64,000 nucleotides of DNA from a candidate division FCPU426 bacterium (lineage in GTDB: Bacteria; Oederibacteriota; JAAXVQ01; JAUVAV01): contig JBFLYH010000002.1 of NCBI GenBank assembly GCA_040756875.1, positions 1,070,624 through 1,134,623 on the forward strand, read 5' to 3'. Below are positions 30,876 to 45,800 of this stretch, one piece after another (the stretch's first letter is position 1; every line of letters begins with the position of its first letter). The notes beneath the pieces are model-generated. The model worked only from the letters and a program-made list of their open reading frames with translations. It did not search any database and was not told the origin of the DNA. Both the position numbers and the translations under genes were made by a program.

Positions 30876-33800
30876 ATGACTACCATCACTGGTCAACAGA
30901 GACTGCACTACGGATTCTGGAATCGAACCGCGTGGTTGGGGACACTCGCCTTACTGGGGACTCTGCTCCTCTTTGTAGGGGTATCTATGTCCTCGGCGGC
31001 CAGCAGCGCTGAGGAGCGCCTCCTGCCTCAGATCCTGGCCCAACTAGACGAGCAAGGTAAGAAAGTCAAAAGCTCCACGGTCCTGGATGTCAATGGCCAA
31101 CCCCACATCACGGTCATGTTGCTCAACGGCGAAGTGCGCAAGTACAACGAGAAGGGCCAACTGACCGAAGTCCGAGATCCTTATGGCAAAATCACTCTGT
31201 ACGAAGACGGCATGCCGATCGAAGAGCGGGATGCCAACGGCGGCGTGATGGCGCGTTACCAATATTTCCGCTCCGTAAGCGGCAAAATGCAAAAAATGGT
31301 CAAGCGCAGCGCGGCTGGCGTGGTGACGAAGATCTTCGACGACGACGGCAATCCTGTTCAAGCTACGGATTCGCAGGGCACCAAGGTTTTCACCAATTAC
31401 GTTAAAAACGAAAAAGGTAAGACGGTCGGATATACGGAGACGGATCTGGCAACGAGCAAGACCAACCGCATGATTCTCGATCCCAAGAACGGGGAAGTGA
31501 TCGCTCGGATCGACGAGAACAACATCCGTACGGATATCGAAACCCTGTATAACCAGCAGGGCGAAAAAATGCAGACCATCGAACGTGATACAGCTGGCAA
31601 TGTCACGATCAAGAAATTTGAAAACGAACAGATGGTGGAGCAGGTCGAAAACGGCATTAAAACCACCTATGAAAACATTTTAAACGACAAAGGCGTTCTG
31701 GTTCAGAAGAAGGAAGTCAAGTTCATCGCCACCAACGGCGGAATGATCGAAGAGGTGACGGTGAAGGATTACGACGATCAGGGCCGCGTCATACGGGTGA
31801 AGGACAAGGAAGGCGAGCACGAATATACCTACGAAGTCAATCTGGACGGCCGGATCACGGCCCGACATGAACTTCTCAAACCGGCGACCGGCGCTAGGGC
31901 CAAGGAGAAAGTAACATACTATGACGAGGCCGGCCGGGTAATCGGGCTGGATGAAGAAGGCCGCAAGACCAAAATCGTCAATGTTTTGGATGAAAACGGC
32001 AACATTGTCTCGGCAACCGAGTACATCACCTATGACTTTAACGGCAAGTTGTTCACGGATATGGTGAAAAAGACATTCGATGGCAAAGGTCACCTGTTGA
32101 GCAAAATCGACCAAAATGGGCAGCGGACGGATTACAGCTACGACGGCAAAGGCAACAGGATTCGGAGTCAGGTTGGGGATGAAATCACGACTTATACATA
32201 TGATGGCAACAACAATATGGTTTCCAGTTTCACTCAGGATTATAAAAGCCGGACCTTGACCGAATACGATCAAAAGACCAAATTGGCAGAACGCAAGATT
32301 TTGATTAAAAACAGCGGTGTGGTAGAAGTGACTGCCTATGGCCTTACCCAAGATGGCCGCCGGATGAATTTTACGGTGACTGCATTTGGAGTTAAAACCA
32401 ACATCTGCAAGGATTCCGAGAGCGACCAGCCCGAAAAAACCATCTTCAGCAAATACAACGGTAAAGTTATTGTCACCAATTATCGCTATACGGGCGAACA
32501 TTTGGTGTCCAGCACCGAGGAAGGGCCTATGGGAGCGACCGAGACCCGCTATAACGTCGGCGGTAAGCCGCTTCACTCTTTGCAGACAGATAAATGGGGC
32601 CGTACGCAGGAAACCGATTACCGGTACGAAAAAGGTGTGCTGGCGGAATCACTGATGGTGGACAAGAAGGGCCGCACCAGCACTTATTACAACAACCATG
32701 GCGATGCGGAAAAGATCGTCAGAGTCAACACTATTGGATTCCCGCGCCGGGCCGATGAAGAACGGAGCTATAAGGATGGGATTTTGGTCCGCAGCGTGTC
32801 CCGCGATGTTAAGGGCGAAACCGTCACGGATTATGATCAAAACGAACAGGCTGCTAAAGTGCACCGCACCAACAAACACGGATTCCCGCGCCAAAACTGG
32901 GTGGAGAATATTTACGATGCGGGCGGCGATATCACCGAGAGCCGGCAGACGGACAGCAGGGGTTATACGGTCAACAAATTCGACCACGATGGTCTCATGA
33001 CCGACAGCGAACGGGTGGATATACACGGGTATCCCAAACGGAAACAGACTGCATACGACTATATCAACGGTGAGCTTGTCAGCAGCATCACTGACGATGA
33101 CCGGGGGACGACCTTCAATAGCTTTGATAAAGACGGACTGATGAGAGATAGCCGGCGGGTGAAGAAGTTCGGGTTCCCGCGCGAAGAGCGTACGTCCTAC
33201 GAGTACGACGGCAATGCCTACATGATCTACAGCAAAACCGAGGATGAGAACGGCACGACCCAGAATTGGTTCAATATCGACGAGCTGGTGGCCGTTTCCT
33301 TCCGGAAAAATCTCTATGGGCATGCCCGCGACCAATGGACTGTGAACGAGTATGACGGCGAAGGGTTCCTGACCACAAGCAAGGAGACCGATCTGAGGGG
33401 GTCGACAGTAACCGAGTTTAATATTGATGGGCTACCGATCAAGTCGTTCCGTGTTGACCACTACGGCGTAGAATATTCCCGTGAAACATTAACGGTCAAC
33501 GAGTTCGACGACCAGGGGTTCATGACCATCTCGAAGAGCAAGAATCTTCTAACCACAGTCGAGAAGGAAATGGACAAGGATGCTTTGGTGCAGGTGCAGA
33601 GGCAAAATGACAATTATGGCGTGGTCTTCGGCCGTTATAAAGTGACGGACGAATACGTTTATGACGGGCATGGACGGCTGCAGACAAACGTCACAACCGA
33701 TAAACTCGGGCAGACGACCAGCAAGTATGATATCCATGGCGACGCGGTCGAGACCCTGAGGATTGCGACCATCGGTCTGGGCGCTTCGCGGGAGTCGTTT

Positions 33801-36800
33801 ACGATTTCTACATATCACGCTGATACAGGCATGACTACGGACCGTTTGTCCAAGAGCAATTACGGCACAACGCACAGCACCAATTTCGACGCTGTGACTG
33901 GGCTGGAACAATTGCAGCAAATCAACAACAATTATGGTTTGGGTGCGACGAGATATACAGTCAATCAAGTTACATTGGACAGGCGGCACGGTCTGACTCG
34001 TTATACCCTTGCGACCAATGAATACGGAAAAACAGAAACTCATTATGATGCCGAACAAAACGGCGCTTACGGCATTGCAGTTTCAAGCCGGGCGATCACG
34101 AATTATGGCCTGGGCTTCGCACGGGACACCGCCTCGGCCATCGAGGCGGATATCAACACCGGACTGAACCAACGTACCAAGGCGGTGAACAAGTACGGGA
34201 CGACCATCACGGAATATGATTCCTTGATCGGCGGGACCTATGGTGTCTCCATCAGTTCGGTGACAGAGAATTATTTCGGGCTGGGGGCGACCCGGCAGAG
34301 CCGGATCCAGCGGGGCGACCTCGAAGTAAACCTTTGGAACGGCCTGAACAAACGCACGTTGTCGAGGAGCGAATACGGCACGACTGAAACTTGGTATGAG
34401 GACGGCCAATTTGGCGTTGCCAGGGCCTCGGATACCAATTGCAATTTTGGACTGGGGGCCACGCGGCACAGTTGGATCAAAGAAGGCAATATGGAAGTTA
34501 ACACGTTCAATGGCCTGAACATCCGCACGTTCTCGGAGAGCGCGTTTGGGACCACTGAAACCCGGTATGACGATAAAACGTTTGGCGTGGCGGTCAGTTC
34601 CGACACAAAAAATAATTTCGGCCTGGGTGCTTCGCGCCATAGCTGGGTGGCTGCGGGCAATATGGAGGTCAATACTGACAACGGCTTGAACAAGCGCACC
34701 TTGTCAGAAAGCGCTTACGGCAAGACCGAAACGCTGTATGACGATGCCCAATACGGTGTGGCCAAATCTTCGGACACGAACAACAATTTCGGCCTGGGTG
34801 CCGCGCGCCACAGTTGGATCAGCAACGGGAACATGGAAGTCAATACGTGGAACGGATTAACTAAACGCACACTGTCGGAAAGTGCTTACGGCACGGTTGA
34901 AACCCAGTACGAGGACACTCAATATGGCGTGGCCAAGTCATCGGATACGAATAACAACTTTGGACTGGGCGCCACTCGCCACAGTTGGATCGCCGAAGGC
35001 AATATGGATGTCAACACTTTCAACGGCCTGAATATCCGGACGCTTTCCCAAAGCGAATATGGGACCACCGAAACCTGGTACGAAGAGGAACAGTACGGCG
35101 TGGCCAAGTCGTCGGACACGAAAAACAATTTCGGCCTGGGTGCCACTCGCCACAGCTGGATCAAGGAAGGCAATCTGGAAGTCAACACCTTCAATGGCCT
35201 GAATATTCGCACTCTCTCGGAAAGTGCTTATGGAATAACGGAAACCTGGTATGAAGACGGGAAATATGGCGTGGCCAAGTCGTCGGATACAAACAACAGT
35301 TTTGGTTTGATGGCCACGCGGCACAGTTGGATCAAGGACGGCAACATGGAGGTCAACAACTGGAACGGGCTGAATATCCGCACGTTCTCGGAAAGTGAAT
35401 ATGGCACCACCGAAACCTGGTATGAAGACGCTAAATACGGCGTGGCCAGGGCTTCGGACACCAATAACAAATTTGGATTGGGTGCAACCCGGCATAGCTG
35501 GATCAGCGACGGCAACATGGAAGTCAACACCTGGAACGGGCTGAACATTCGCACGTTCTCGGAAAGCGCCTACGGCACCACGGAAACCTGGTATGAAGAC
35601 GGCAAATACGGCGTGGCCAAGGCTTCGGATACGAAAAATAATTTCGGATTGGGCGCATCGCGGCACAGCTGGATCAATGAAGGCAACATGGATGTCAATA
35701 CCTGGAACGGCTTGAATATCCGGACGTTCTCCGAAAGCGCTTATGGCACGACCGAAACGAAATACGATGATCAAAAGTATGGCGTGGCCAAATCGTCGGA
35801 TACGAACAACAATTTCGGTTTGGGCGCCACACGCCATAGTTGGATTAAAGAAGGCAATATGGAAGTCAACGTTTTCAACGGCTTGAATATACGCACTTTA
35901 TCTGAGAGCGCCTATGGCAATACCGAGACATGGTACGAGGAAGGACAATTCGGCGTAGCCAAAGCTTCGGACACCAAGAACAACTTTGGCCTGGTTGCCA
36001 CACGGCACAGCTGGATCAAAGAAGGCAACATGGAAGTCAACACCTGGAACGGGCTGAACATCCGCACGTTCTCGGAAAGCGCCTACGGCACCACCGAAAC
36101 CCGGTACGATCAAGACCATTATGGGGTTGCGCGTTCATCGGATACGAACAACAACTTTGGATTGGGCGCGACGCGGCACAGCTGGATTAAAGACGGCAAT
36201 ATGGAAGTGAACACCTGGAACGGCCTGAATATCCGCACCTTGTCGGAAAGCGCTTACGGCACCACCGAAACCTGGTATGAAGACGAGCAGTTCGGCGTTG
36301 CCCAGGCTTCGGATACGAAGAACAATTTCGGGTTGGGCGCGACACGGCACAGCTGGATCAAAGAAGGCAACATGGAAGTCAACACCTGGAACGGGCTGAA
36401 CATTCGCACGTTCTCGGAAAGCGCCTATGGCACCACCGAAACCTGGTATGAAGACGGGCAGTACGGTGTGGCCAAAGCCTCGGATACGAAGAACAATTTC
36501 GGATTGGGCGCGACGCGGCACAGCTGGATCAAAGAAGGCAACATGGAAGTTAATACCTTCAACGGTCTGAACATCCGAACGTTCTCGGAGAGCGCCTATG
36601 GCACGACCGAAACCTGGTATGACGACGATAAATTCGGCGTGGCGAAAGCTTCGGATACGAAGAACAATTTCGGATTGGGCGCCACGCGGCACAGCTGGAT
36701 CAAAGAAGGCAATATGGAAGTCAACACCTACAATGGCCTGAACATCCGCACATTTTCGGAAAGTGCTTATGGTACGACTGAGACTAAATACGACGATAAA

Positions 36801-39800
36801 ACGTTTGGGGTGGCCCGTTCTTCGGATACGAACAACAATTTCGGGTTGATCGCCACGCGGCACAGCTGGATCAAAGACGGCAACATGGAAGTCAATACCT
36901 GGAACGGCTTGAATATCCGCACGTTCTCGGAAAGCGCCTACGGAACGACCGAGACGTGGTATGAAGACGGCCAGTATGGCGTGGCGCATTCTTCGGATAC
37001 GCATAATAATTTCGGCTTGGGTGCCACTCAACACAGCTGGATTAAAAAAGGCAACATGCAAGTGAACACCTGGAACGGTCTGAATCAACACACCTTCTCG
37101 GAAAGCGCGTACGGCACCACTGAAACGTGGTATGAGGATGGCCAATATGGCATTGCTGAAGCATCGGATACAAATAATAATTTCGGCCTGGGCGCGACGC
37201 GGCATAGCTGGATTTCGAAGGGAAAAATGGAGGTCAATACTTACAACGGGCTGAACATCAGGACTTTTTCCGAGAGCGCCTATGGCACGACCGAAACGTG
37301 GTACGACGACAGTCAGTATGGGATTGCCAAGGCTTCGGACACGCATAATAACTTTGGCTTGGGTGCGACCCGGCATAGCCAAATCAAAGAAGGGGAGATG
37401 GATATCGATCCCTTCAACGGTTTGAATAAACGCACCTTGTCCGAAAGCGCATATGGAACCACGGAAACGTGGTATGAAGATGAAACGTACGGCGTGGCCA
37501 AGGCTTCGGACACGAACAATAATTTCGGTCTAGGCGCAACGCGGCATAGCTGGATTGAAGAAGGCAACATGGAAGTCAATACGTGGAACGGTCTGAACCA
37601 GCATACTTTTTCGGAAAGTGCTTATGGCACCACCGAAACCTGGTATGACGATAAGGCGTATGGAGTGGCCCGTTCTTCGGATACGAACAACAATTTCGGG
37701 TTGGGCGCGACGCGGCACAGCTGGATTAAAGACGGGAACTTGGAAGTCAATACCTGGAACGGGCTGAACATCCGCACGTTCTCGGAAAGCGCCTATGGCA
37801 CCACGGAAACTTGGTATGAGGACAGCCAGTATGGCATTGCCACTTCTTCGGACACGAACAATAATTTCGGGTTGGGCGCGACGAGGCACAGCTGGATCAA
37901 GAAAGGTAATATGGAAGTCAATACCTGGAACGGGTTGAACATCCGCACGTTCTCGGAAAGCGCCTATGGCACCACCGAAACTTGGTACGACGACAAGGAA
38001 TTCGGCGTAGCCAAAGCTTCGGATACGAAGAACAATTTTGGGTTGGGCGCGACGCGGCACAGCTGGATCAAAGAAGGCAATATGGAAGTCAACACCTTCA
38101 ACGGGCTGAACATCCGCACGTTCTCGGAAAGCATTTATGGCACAACCGAAACCTGGTATGACGACAAGGAATTCGGCGTGGCCAAGGCTTCGGATACAAA
38201 CAACAATTTCGGCCTGGGCGCGACGCGGCACAGCTGGATTAAAGAAGGCAACATAGAAGTCAATACCTATAACGGCTTGAATATTCGCACCTTCTCGGAA
38301 AGCGCCTACGGCACCACCGAAACCTGGTATTCCGACGACAGTTACGGCGTTGCGGAACGGTCTCATTCTCTGAATAATTTCGGCATTGGCGCGACCCGCG
38401 ACACGACAACGCAGATCGATGCGAATCGCTGGAATGGTTTGAACATCTATACACAAGCCAAAAACGAATATGGCATGACCGAGACCTGGTACACCGATGA
38501 CTCCTATGGTGTGGCTAAACGTTCGCACAGCTTAAATAATTACGGGCTGGGGGCGTCGAGGGATACCACGACTGAAATTACCACGGATACATGGGACGGT
38601 CTGACGGAATACACCTTCGCCCGTAATGCCTATGGCACCACCGAAACTTGGTACAAGGATGACTCCTACGGCGTGGCGGAAAGATCTCACAGCCTGAACA
38701 ATTACGGTTTGGGCGCAAGCCGTGACACCAATACGACGATTCAGGTGGACACGTGGAACGGGCTGAATGAATACACTCGCGCCATCAATGCCTACGGCAT
38801 GACCGAAACCTGGTATACGGACGACACCTACGGTATTGCCGAACGTTCTCACAGCGTCAACAATTATGGGTTGGGCGCAACGCGCGATTCGAACACCACC
38901 ATTCAGGCCAGTCAATGGGATGGTTTGAATGATTATACTTTCGCCACCAACGCCTACGGCACTACGGAAACGTGGTTCTCCGATGACAGCTACGGCGTGG
39001 CGGTGCGGTCGCACAACCTGAATAATTATGGGCTCGGCGCCTGCCGGGATACCAATACCGAAATCCAGGCGGACCGGTGGGATGGTTTGAATGACTACAC
39101 GTATGCCGTCAATGTATACGGCACCACGGAGACTTGGTATTCGCAAGACACCTATGGCGTCGCGGAGCGGTCCCATGCCCTGAATAATTACGGCATCGGC
39201 GCCAGCCGGGATACGACGACTGACATCCAGGCCGATCGTTGGGATGGGCTGAATGAGTACACCTATGCGGTCAATGCCTATGGCATGACGGAAACCTGGT
39301 TCTCGGATGACACCTACGGTGTGGCAGAGCAGTCTCATTCGTTGAACAACTATGGATTGGGCGCCACGCGTGATACCCACACCACCATTCAAGCCGACCA
39401 GTGGGACGGTTTGAACGAATATACTTTTGCAACCAATGCCTACGGTACAACCGAAACGTGGTTCTCGGATGACACCTATGGTGTGGCGGTGCGCTCGCAC
39501 AGCTTGAATAATTTCGGGTTGGGCGCGACCCGCGATACCAATACGACCATCACCGCCGATCGTTGGGATGGGCTGAATGAATACACCTATGCGGTCAATG
39601 CCTATGGAATGACGGAGACCTGGTATTCGGATGACACCTACGGCGTAGCCGAACGCTCGCATGCTTTGAACAATTATGGCATCGGCGCGACCCGCGACAC
39701 CAATACGGTTATCCAAGCCGGACGTTGGGATGGTCTGAACGACTATACCCAGGGTGTGAACGCTTATGGCATGACGGAGACCTGGTATTCAAATGATACC

Positions 39801-42800
39801 TACGGCGTGGCGGAGCGCTCGCATGCCCTGAACAATTATGGGATCGGTGCCTCGCGCGACACCATGACGACCATCTCGGCTGACCGGTGGGATGGGTTGA
39901 ATGAATACACGCTGGCCACAAACGATTACGGCATGACCGAAACATGGTATTCGGACGACACCTATGGCGTGGCAGTACGTTCGCATGCCCTGAATAATTA
40001 CGGCATTGGCGCGACCCGGGACAACTCGACGACCATCCAAGCAGACCGTTGGGATGGGTTGAATGAATACACGTTCGCAACCAATGCATATGGAACGACG
40101 GAAACGTGGTATTCGGAAGATACGTATGGCGTGGCGGAGCGTTCGCATTCGCTAAACAATTACGGCCTGGGTGCCACGCGTGACAACCGCACCACCATCC
40201 AAGCTGACCGTTGGGACGGGTTGAATGAATATACCTATGCCACTAACGCCTATGGGATCACGGAAACGTGGTATTCGGACGACACCTACGGTGTGGCGGA
40301 ACGGTCACACGCCTTGAACAATTATGGTCTAGGCGCGACGCGCGACACCAACACAACGATTACGGCGGATCGGTGGAATGGAATGAACGACTACACCATG
40401 TCCACCAATGCCTACGGAATGACTGAAACCTGGTATTCGCAAGACACATACGGCGTGGCCGAACGCTCGCATGCGGTAAACAACTATGGAATCGGCGCCA
40501 CCCGCGATACGAATACCACTATTACGGCCGACCGTTGGGATGGGTTGAATGAATACACCCTCGCGACCAATGTGTACGGGATGACGGAAACCTGGTATTC
40601 GGAGGACACTTACGGCGTTGCGGAACGTTCGCATGCGGTCAACAATTACGGCATTGGCGCCACCCGCGATACGAACACAACCATCACGGCCGATCGCTGG
40701 GACGGTTTGAACGAATTCACTTTCGCTACTAACGCGTATGGCACGACCGAGACTTGGTATTCCGCAGATACCTACGGCGTGGCGGAACGGTCCCATAGTT
40801 TGAATAATTTCGGGCTGGGTGCGACGCGGGACACCAATACAACCATTACAGCGGATCGTTGGGATGGACTGAATGAATATACCTATGCCAGCAATGCCTA
40901 TGGCATTACTGAAACCTGGTATACAGATGATACCTATGGCGTTGCGGAACGGTCGCATTCGCTGAATAATTTTGGTATCGGCGCCACCCGTGATACCAAT
41001 ACGACGATCACGGCAGATCGTTGGGACGGTTTGAACGAATATACCAATGCTGTAAACGCCTATGGTATGACGGAGACCTGGTTCTCGGATGACACATACG
41101 GTGTGGCCGAACGGTCGCATAGCGTGAATAATTTTGGCATTGGCGCAACTCGCGACACCAATACCACCGTGACCGCAGACCGGTGGAATGGGTTGAATGA
41201 TTATACCATCGGCATCAATGCTTATGGCGTGACCGAAACCTGGTATACCCAGGATTCTTATGGGGTGTCTGAACGGACGCATACGATGAATAATTACGGC
41301 ATTGGCGCCACCCGCGACACCAACACCCAGGTTACGGCTGACACCTGGAACGGCCTTAATATCCATACCATGGCGAACAATGCCTACGGCATGACCGAAA
41401 CCTGGTATGCGCGGGACACGTATGGGATTCCGGAACGTTCTCACAGCTTGAATAATTTTGGTTTGGGAGCCACGCGCGACACCAACACCACGATTACAGC
41501 AGACCGTTGGAATGGTCTGAACATCGGCACCTTTGCCACCAATGCCTACGGCACGACTGAAACGTGGTTTACCCGGGATTCGTATGGACTGGCTGAACGG
41601 TCTCATAGCGTCAATAACTTTGGTTTGGGCGCGACGCGTGATACCAACACAGCCATCACTGCCGATCCCTGGAGCGGCTTGAATACCTATACCAATGCAG
41701 TCAATGCCTATGGCAGGACGGAAACTTGGTATTCGCAAGATACATATGGCGTAGCGGATCATTCGCGCAGTCAAAATAATTACGGTTTGGGCGCGACCCG
41801 AGACACCAATACCACGATTACCGCGGATCGCTGGGATGGGTTGAATGATTATACGCTTGCCATCAATGCTTATGGTCGGACGGAAACTTGGTTCACGCAG
41901 GATACCTACGGCGTAGCCCAGCGTTCGCATTCAGTAAACAACTATGGCGTAGGCGCCAGCCGCGACACCAATACGACTATCACCGCGGACCATTGGAACG
42001 GCTTGAATACCTACACCAATGCCATCAACGCATACGGCCGGACGGAAACGTGGTATTCGCAGGATACTTATGGTGTGGCGACGCGGTCGCACAGCGTAAA
42101 CAATTTCGGGCTGGGCGCCACCCGTGACACCAACACCACGATTACAGCGGATCGCTGGAACGGGTTGAATACCAATACCGTGGCTACTAACGATTACGGC
42201 AGGACCGAAACATGGTTCTCTCAGGATTCCTACGGCGTGGCGACGCGGTCGCATAGCGTGAATAATTACGGACTGGGCGCCACCCGTGACACCAACACCA
42301 CGATAACCGCGGATCGCTGGAATGGGTTGAATACAAATACCGTTGCCGTAAATGATTATGGCAGGACCGAAACGTGGTATTCGCAGGATACCTACGGCGT
42401 GGCGACGCGATCGCATAGCGTGAATAATTACGGATTGGGTGCCACCCGCAACACCAATACTACGATCACGGTGGACCACTGGAGTGGGTTGAATACCCAT
42501 ACCGTTGCCACCAATGCCTACGGCACGACCGAGACGTGGTATTCACAGGACACCTACGGCGTGGCAACGCGGTCGCACAGCGCAAATAACTACGGACTGG
42601 GCGCCACCCGCGATACCAACACCACCATCACGGCCGACCGGTGGAATGGCTTAAACGTCACTACGGTGGCAACGAATGCCTATGGCCGAACGGAGACGTG
42701 GTATTCACAGGACACGTACGGCGTGGCAACGCGTTCCCATAGCGTGAATCATTACGGGTTGGGTTCTACTCGCGATACCAATAGCACGATCACGGCGGAT

Positions 42801-45800
42801 CGATGGAACGGTTTAAATACTAATACAATTGCCATCAATGCCTACGGCACGACCGAAACCTGGTATTCCCAAGACACCTATGGCGTGGCTGAACGGTCGC
42901 ACAGCCTGAATAATTACGGGTTGGGCGCTAGCCGCGATACCAATACCACGATTACAGCAAGCCGCTGGAGCGGACTGAACACGAATACCGTTGCCACCAA
43001 CGCCTATGGCACGACCGAAACCTGGTATACCCAGGACACCTACGGGGTCGCCCAGCGTTCGCACAGCGTGAACAATTACGGGTTGGGCGCCACGCGTGAC
43101 TCCAATACCACTGTTACGGTTGATCGCTGGAGCGGATTGAACACCTATACCAACGCCGTAAGTGCCTACAGCACTACCGAGACCTGGTACAAGCAGGACA
43201 CCTATGGCACGGCGGAACGTTCACACAGCGTGAACAAATTCGGGCTGGGTGCGACCCGCGACACGAACAGCACGGTTACAGCCAGCAATTGGAACGGTTT
43301 GAATCAGCATACGACCGGGACCAATGCGTACGGAACCACTGATACCTGGTATTCGAACGACTCTTATGGCGTAGCCGTCCGGTCGGAAAGCCAAAATAAT
43401 TATGGATTAGGCGCCACTCGCGATGCATCCACGACCATCGCGGCGGATCGTTGGAATGGGTTGAATACCCATACCAAAGGCGTGACAGCCTATGGTACTA
43501 CCGATACTTGGTATTCTCAGGACACCTATGGTGTGGCAGAACGGTCGCACAGCGTCAATAAATACGGTTTGGGTGCAACCCGCGATACTACGACGCCGAC
43601 TATTCAGGCGAACCGGTGGAATGGGTTGAACGAATACACTTTAGCAAACAACGCCTACAGCAGGACCGAGACGTGGTATTCGAACGATTCCTATGGATTG
43701 CCTGAAAGATCTCACAGCGTAAATAATTATGGATTGGGCGCAACCAGGGATTCGCAAACCACCATCACCTCGAACCGCTGGAGCGGGCTCAATACGTATA
43801 CCACTTCGACCAACAATTATGGCACCACGGAGACTTGGTATACCTCGGACACCTACGGTGTGGCCCGGAGATCGCATAGTGTGAATAACTATGGCTTAGG
43901 TGCCACCCGCAACACCCATACCGACGTAATCGACGTGGATAATTGGAGTGGCCTCAATACCTATACGCATTCCTTTAACAACTATGGCACTACTGAGACG
44001 TGGTTCAAACAGGACACCTTTGGTACAGCTAGTCGATCTCATTCTGTGAATAATTACGGCCTGGGCTGGACACGCGATACGTCCACCACGCTGGTAGCCA
44101 GCAACTGGAGTGGTTTGAATCTGCGTTCGTCGGCCATTAATATGTATGGTTCTACGGACACCTGGTACTCCAACGACAGCTACGGTGTGGCCGAACGCTC
44201 GCATAGCCTGAATAATGTCGGTTTGGGCTATACACGGGACACCATGACAACAATTGAAGTGAATCGCCAGAATGGTCTTAATGTGCATTCGTTTGCAAAT
44301 AATCGCTATGGCACAACCGATACTTATTACAGCAACGACAGCTACGGTGTGGCCGAACGGTCGGTGGCGCATAATGATTGGGGCGTCTACGGGGAACGCG
44401 ATGTCAGAACCACGCTTACCGTCAACCGCCAGACTGGTGTGAACATCAGCACCGTGGCGGTTACCTCGCACCGTACCACGACGACTTATTTCGACAATAG
44501 CTTCGGAATTGCCACGCGTTCTGTGAGTGTGACCGATTTCCTGCCTTCGCTGGCCCAGACAACGCGTACGGACATCACGGCCAGCCAAGATACGGGGTTA
44601 AACTTCCGAACCGTTGCGGAAAACGGGTTGTCCACCACAACCACAGATGCCTTTGATCCCGATTATGGCGTGGCTGAGCACATCATGACCTATAATAAAT
44701 ATTGCAGCGGCGAGGGCAACCGCAACGTGGAAACCACTGTCGATGCCAATTTGAATACCGGCCTGAACCAAGAAACATACAGCCGCTCCTTCGGCGGCGG
44801 CGGGACGCTCTCTGAAACGTGGACTAATTATAGGAACGATACCGGCACACAAACGGATGCTGTGACTGTTATGAATGCGAATTGGACCCTAGGCTATTCG
44901 GTCAATAATCAGATCACCTATGTAGCAAATCAAACAACGGGCAAGCTCATTCAATCCACTTCGGTATGCAGTAATGGCCGGACGATCACCAATTATGACG
45001 GGCACGGTCTGCCGAAGAGCAGCGAAAATTATTCGGCCTATGGGCTTTCGGATCATACTTCATCCACTATCAACTACTACACAACGACGGGTATGACCAA
45101 GAAGTCGGTGGCTAGATCCTATTCGCGTTTGGGCGGGCATTATTTATCCACCACTACGACCGACCATGATGAAAATGGAACCGCGAAAACCATGGTCACG
45201 GATACAGCGTATGGCGCCACTCGCGCCCGCGTTTCCACAACGACCGTAAGTTCAACGTACAGCTTCACTGGCGCGAAAAAGCGGACCTCGACCACCACCG
45301 GGTTGGGCAGCAGCATTTCGGATTTCAACCAAAAAGGCGTGGAGATGTATTCGGACAGCCATGGCAACATCGGGCCCTCGCTTGGCCGCCACAGCGAAAC
45401 CTGGACGAAGGATTGGGACGAGAACACGGGCATCCGGCGGTCAAAGTATACAAGCAGCGGCCTATCCCACACCTGGACTTTCTCGGATGAAAACGGTTTA
45501 CCGGCAGCAGGATTGCATAAAATGAACCAAAATTTCTACGGTTCTGCCGCGGGATCCCGGTATTCGGAAATTTATCGCACCGGCGCGGTTCATTGGTCGG
45601 GCAACGCGGCTGAGACGCGTTCGTTGAGCCCGGGCCATTCCACGACCATGTCGCAGTATGACGAGGACGGATTCACGACTTACGCGGTGACGGACAGCAT
45701 TTACGGCGCCAATGGCATGCAGCATACGGATACAACGTATCAAACCGACAGCTCGACCGGCCTGACACGTTCTTCCCATCTGATTAAATGTAATGGCCGC

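Noticed and set aside
34338-44432. Long regular array as a CRISPR or other non-coding repeat array
   Set aside because: Periods are 171 and 162 bp (multiples of 3), in frame within one ORF, with mainly synonymous variation, no repeat-spacer structure and no cas genes.
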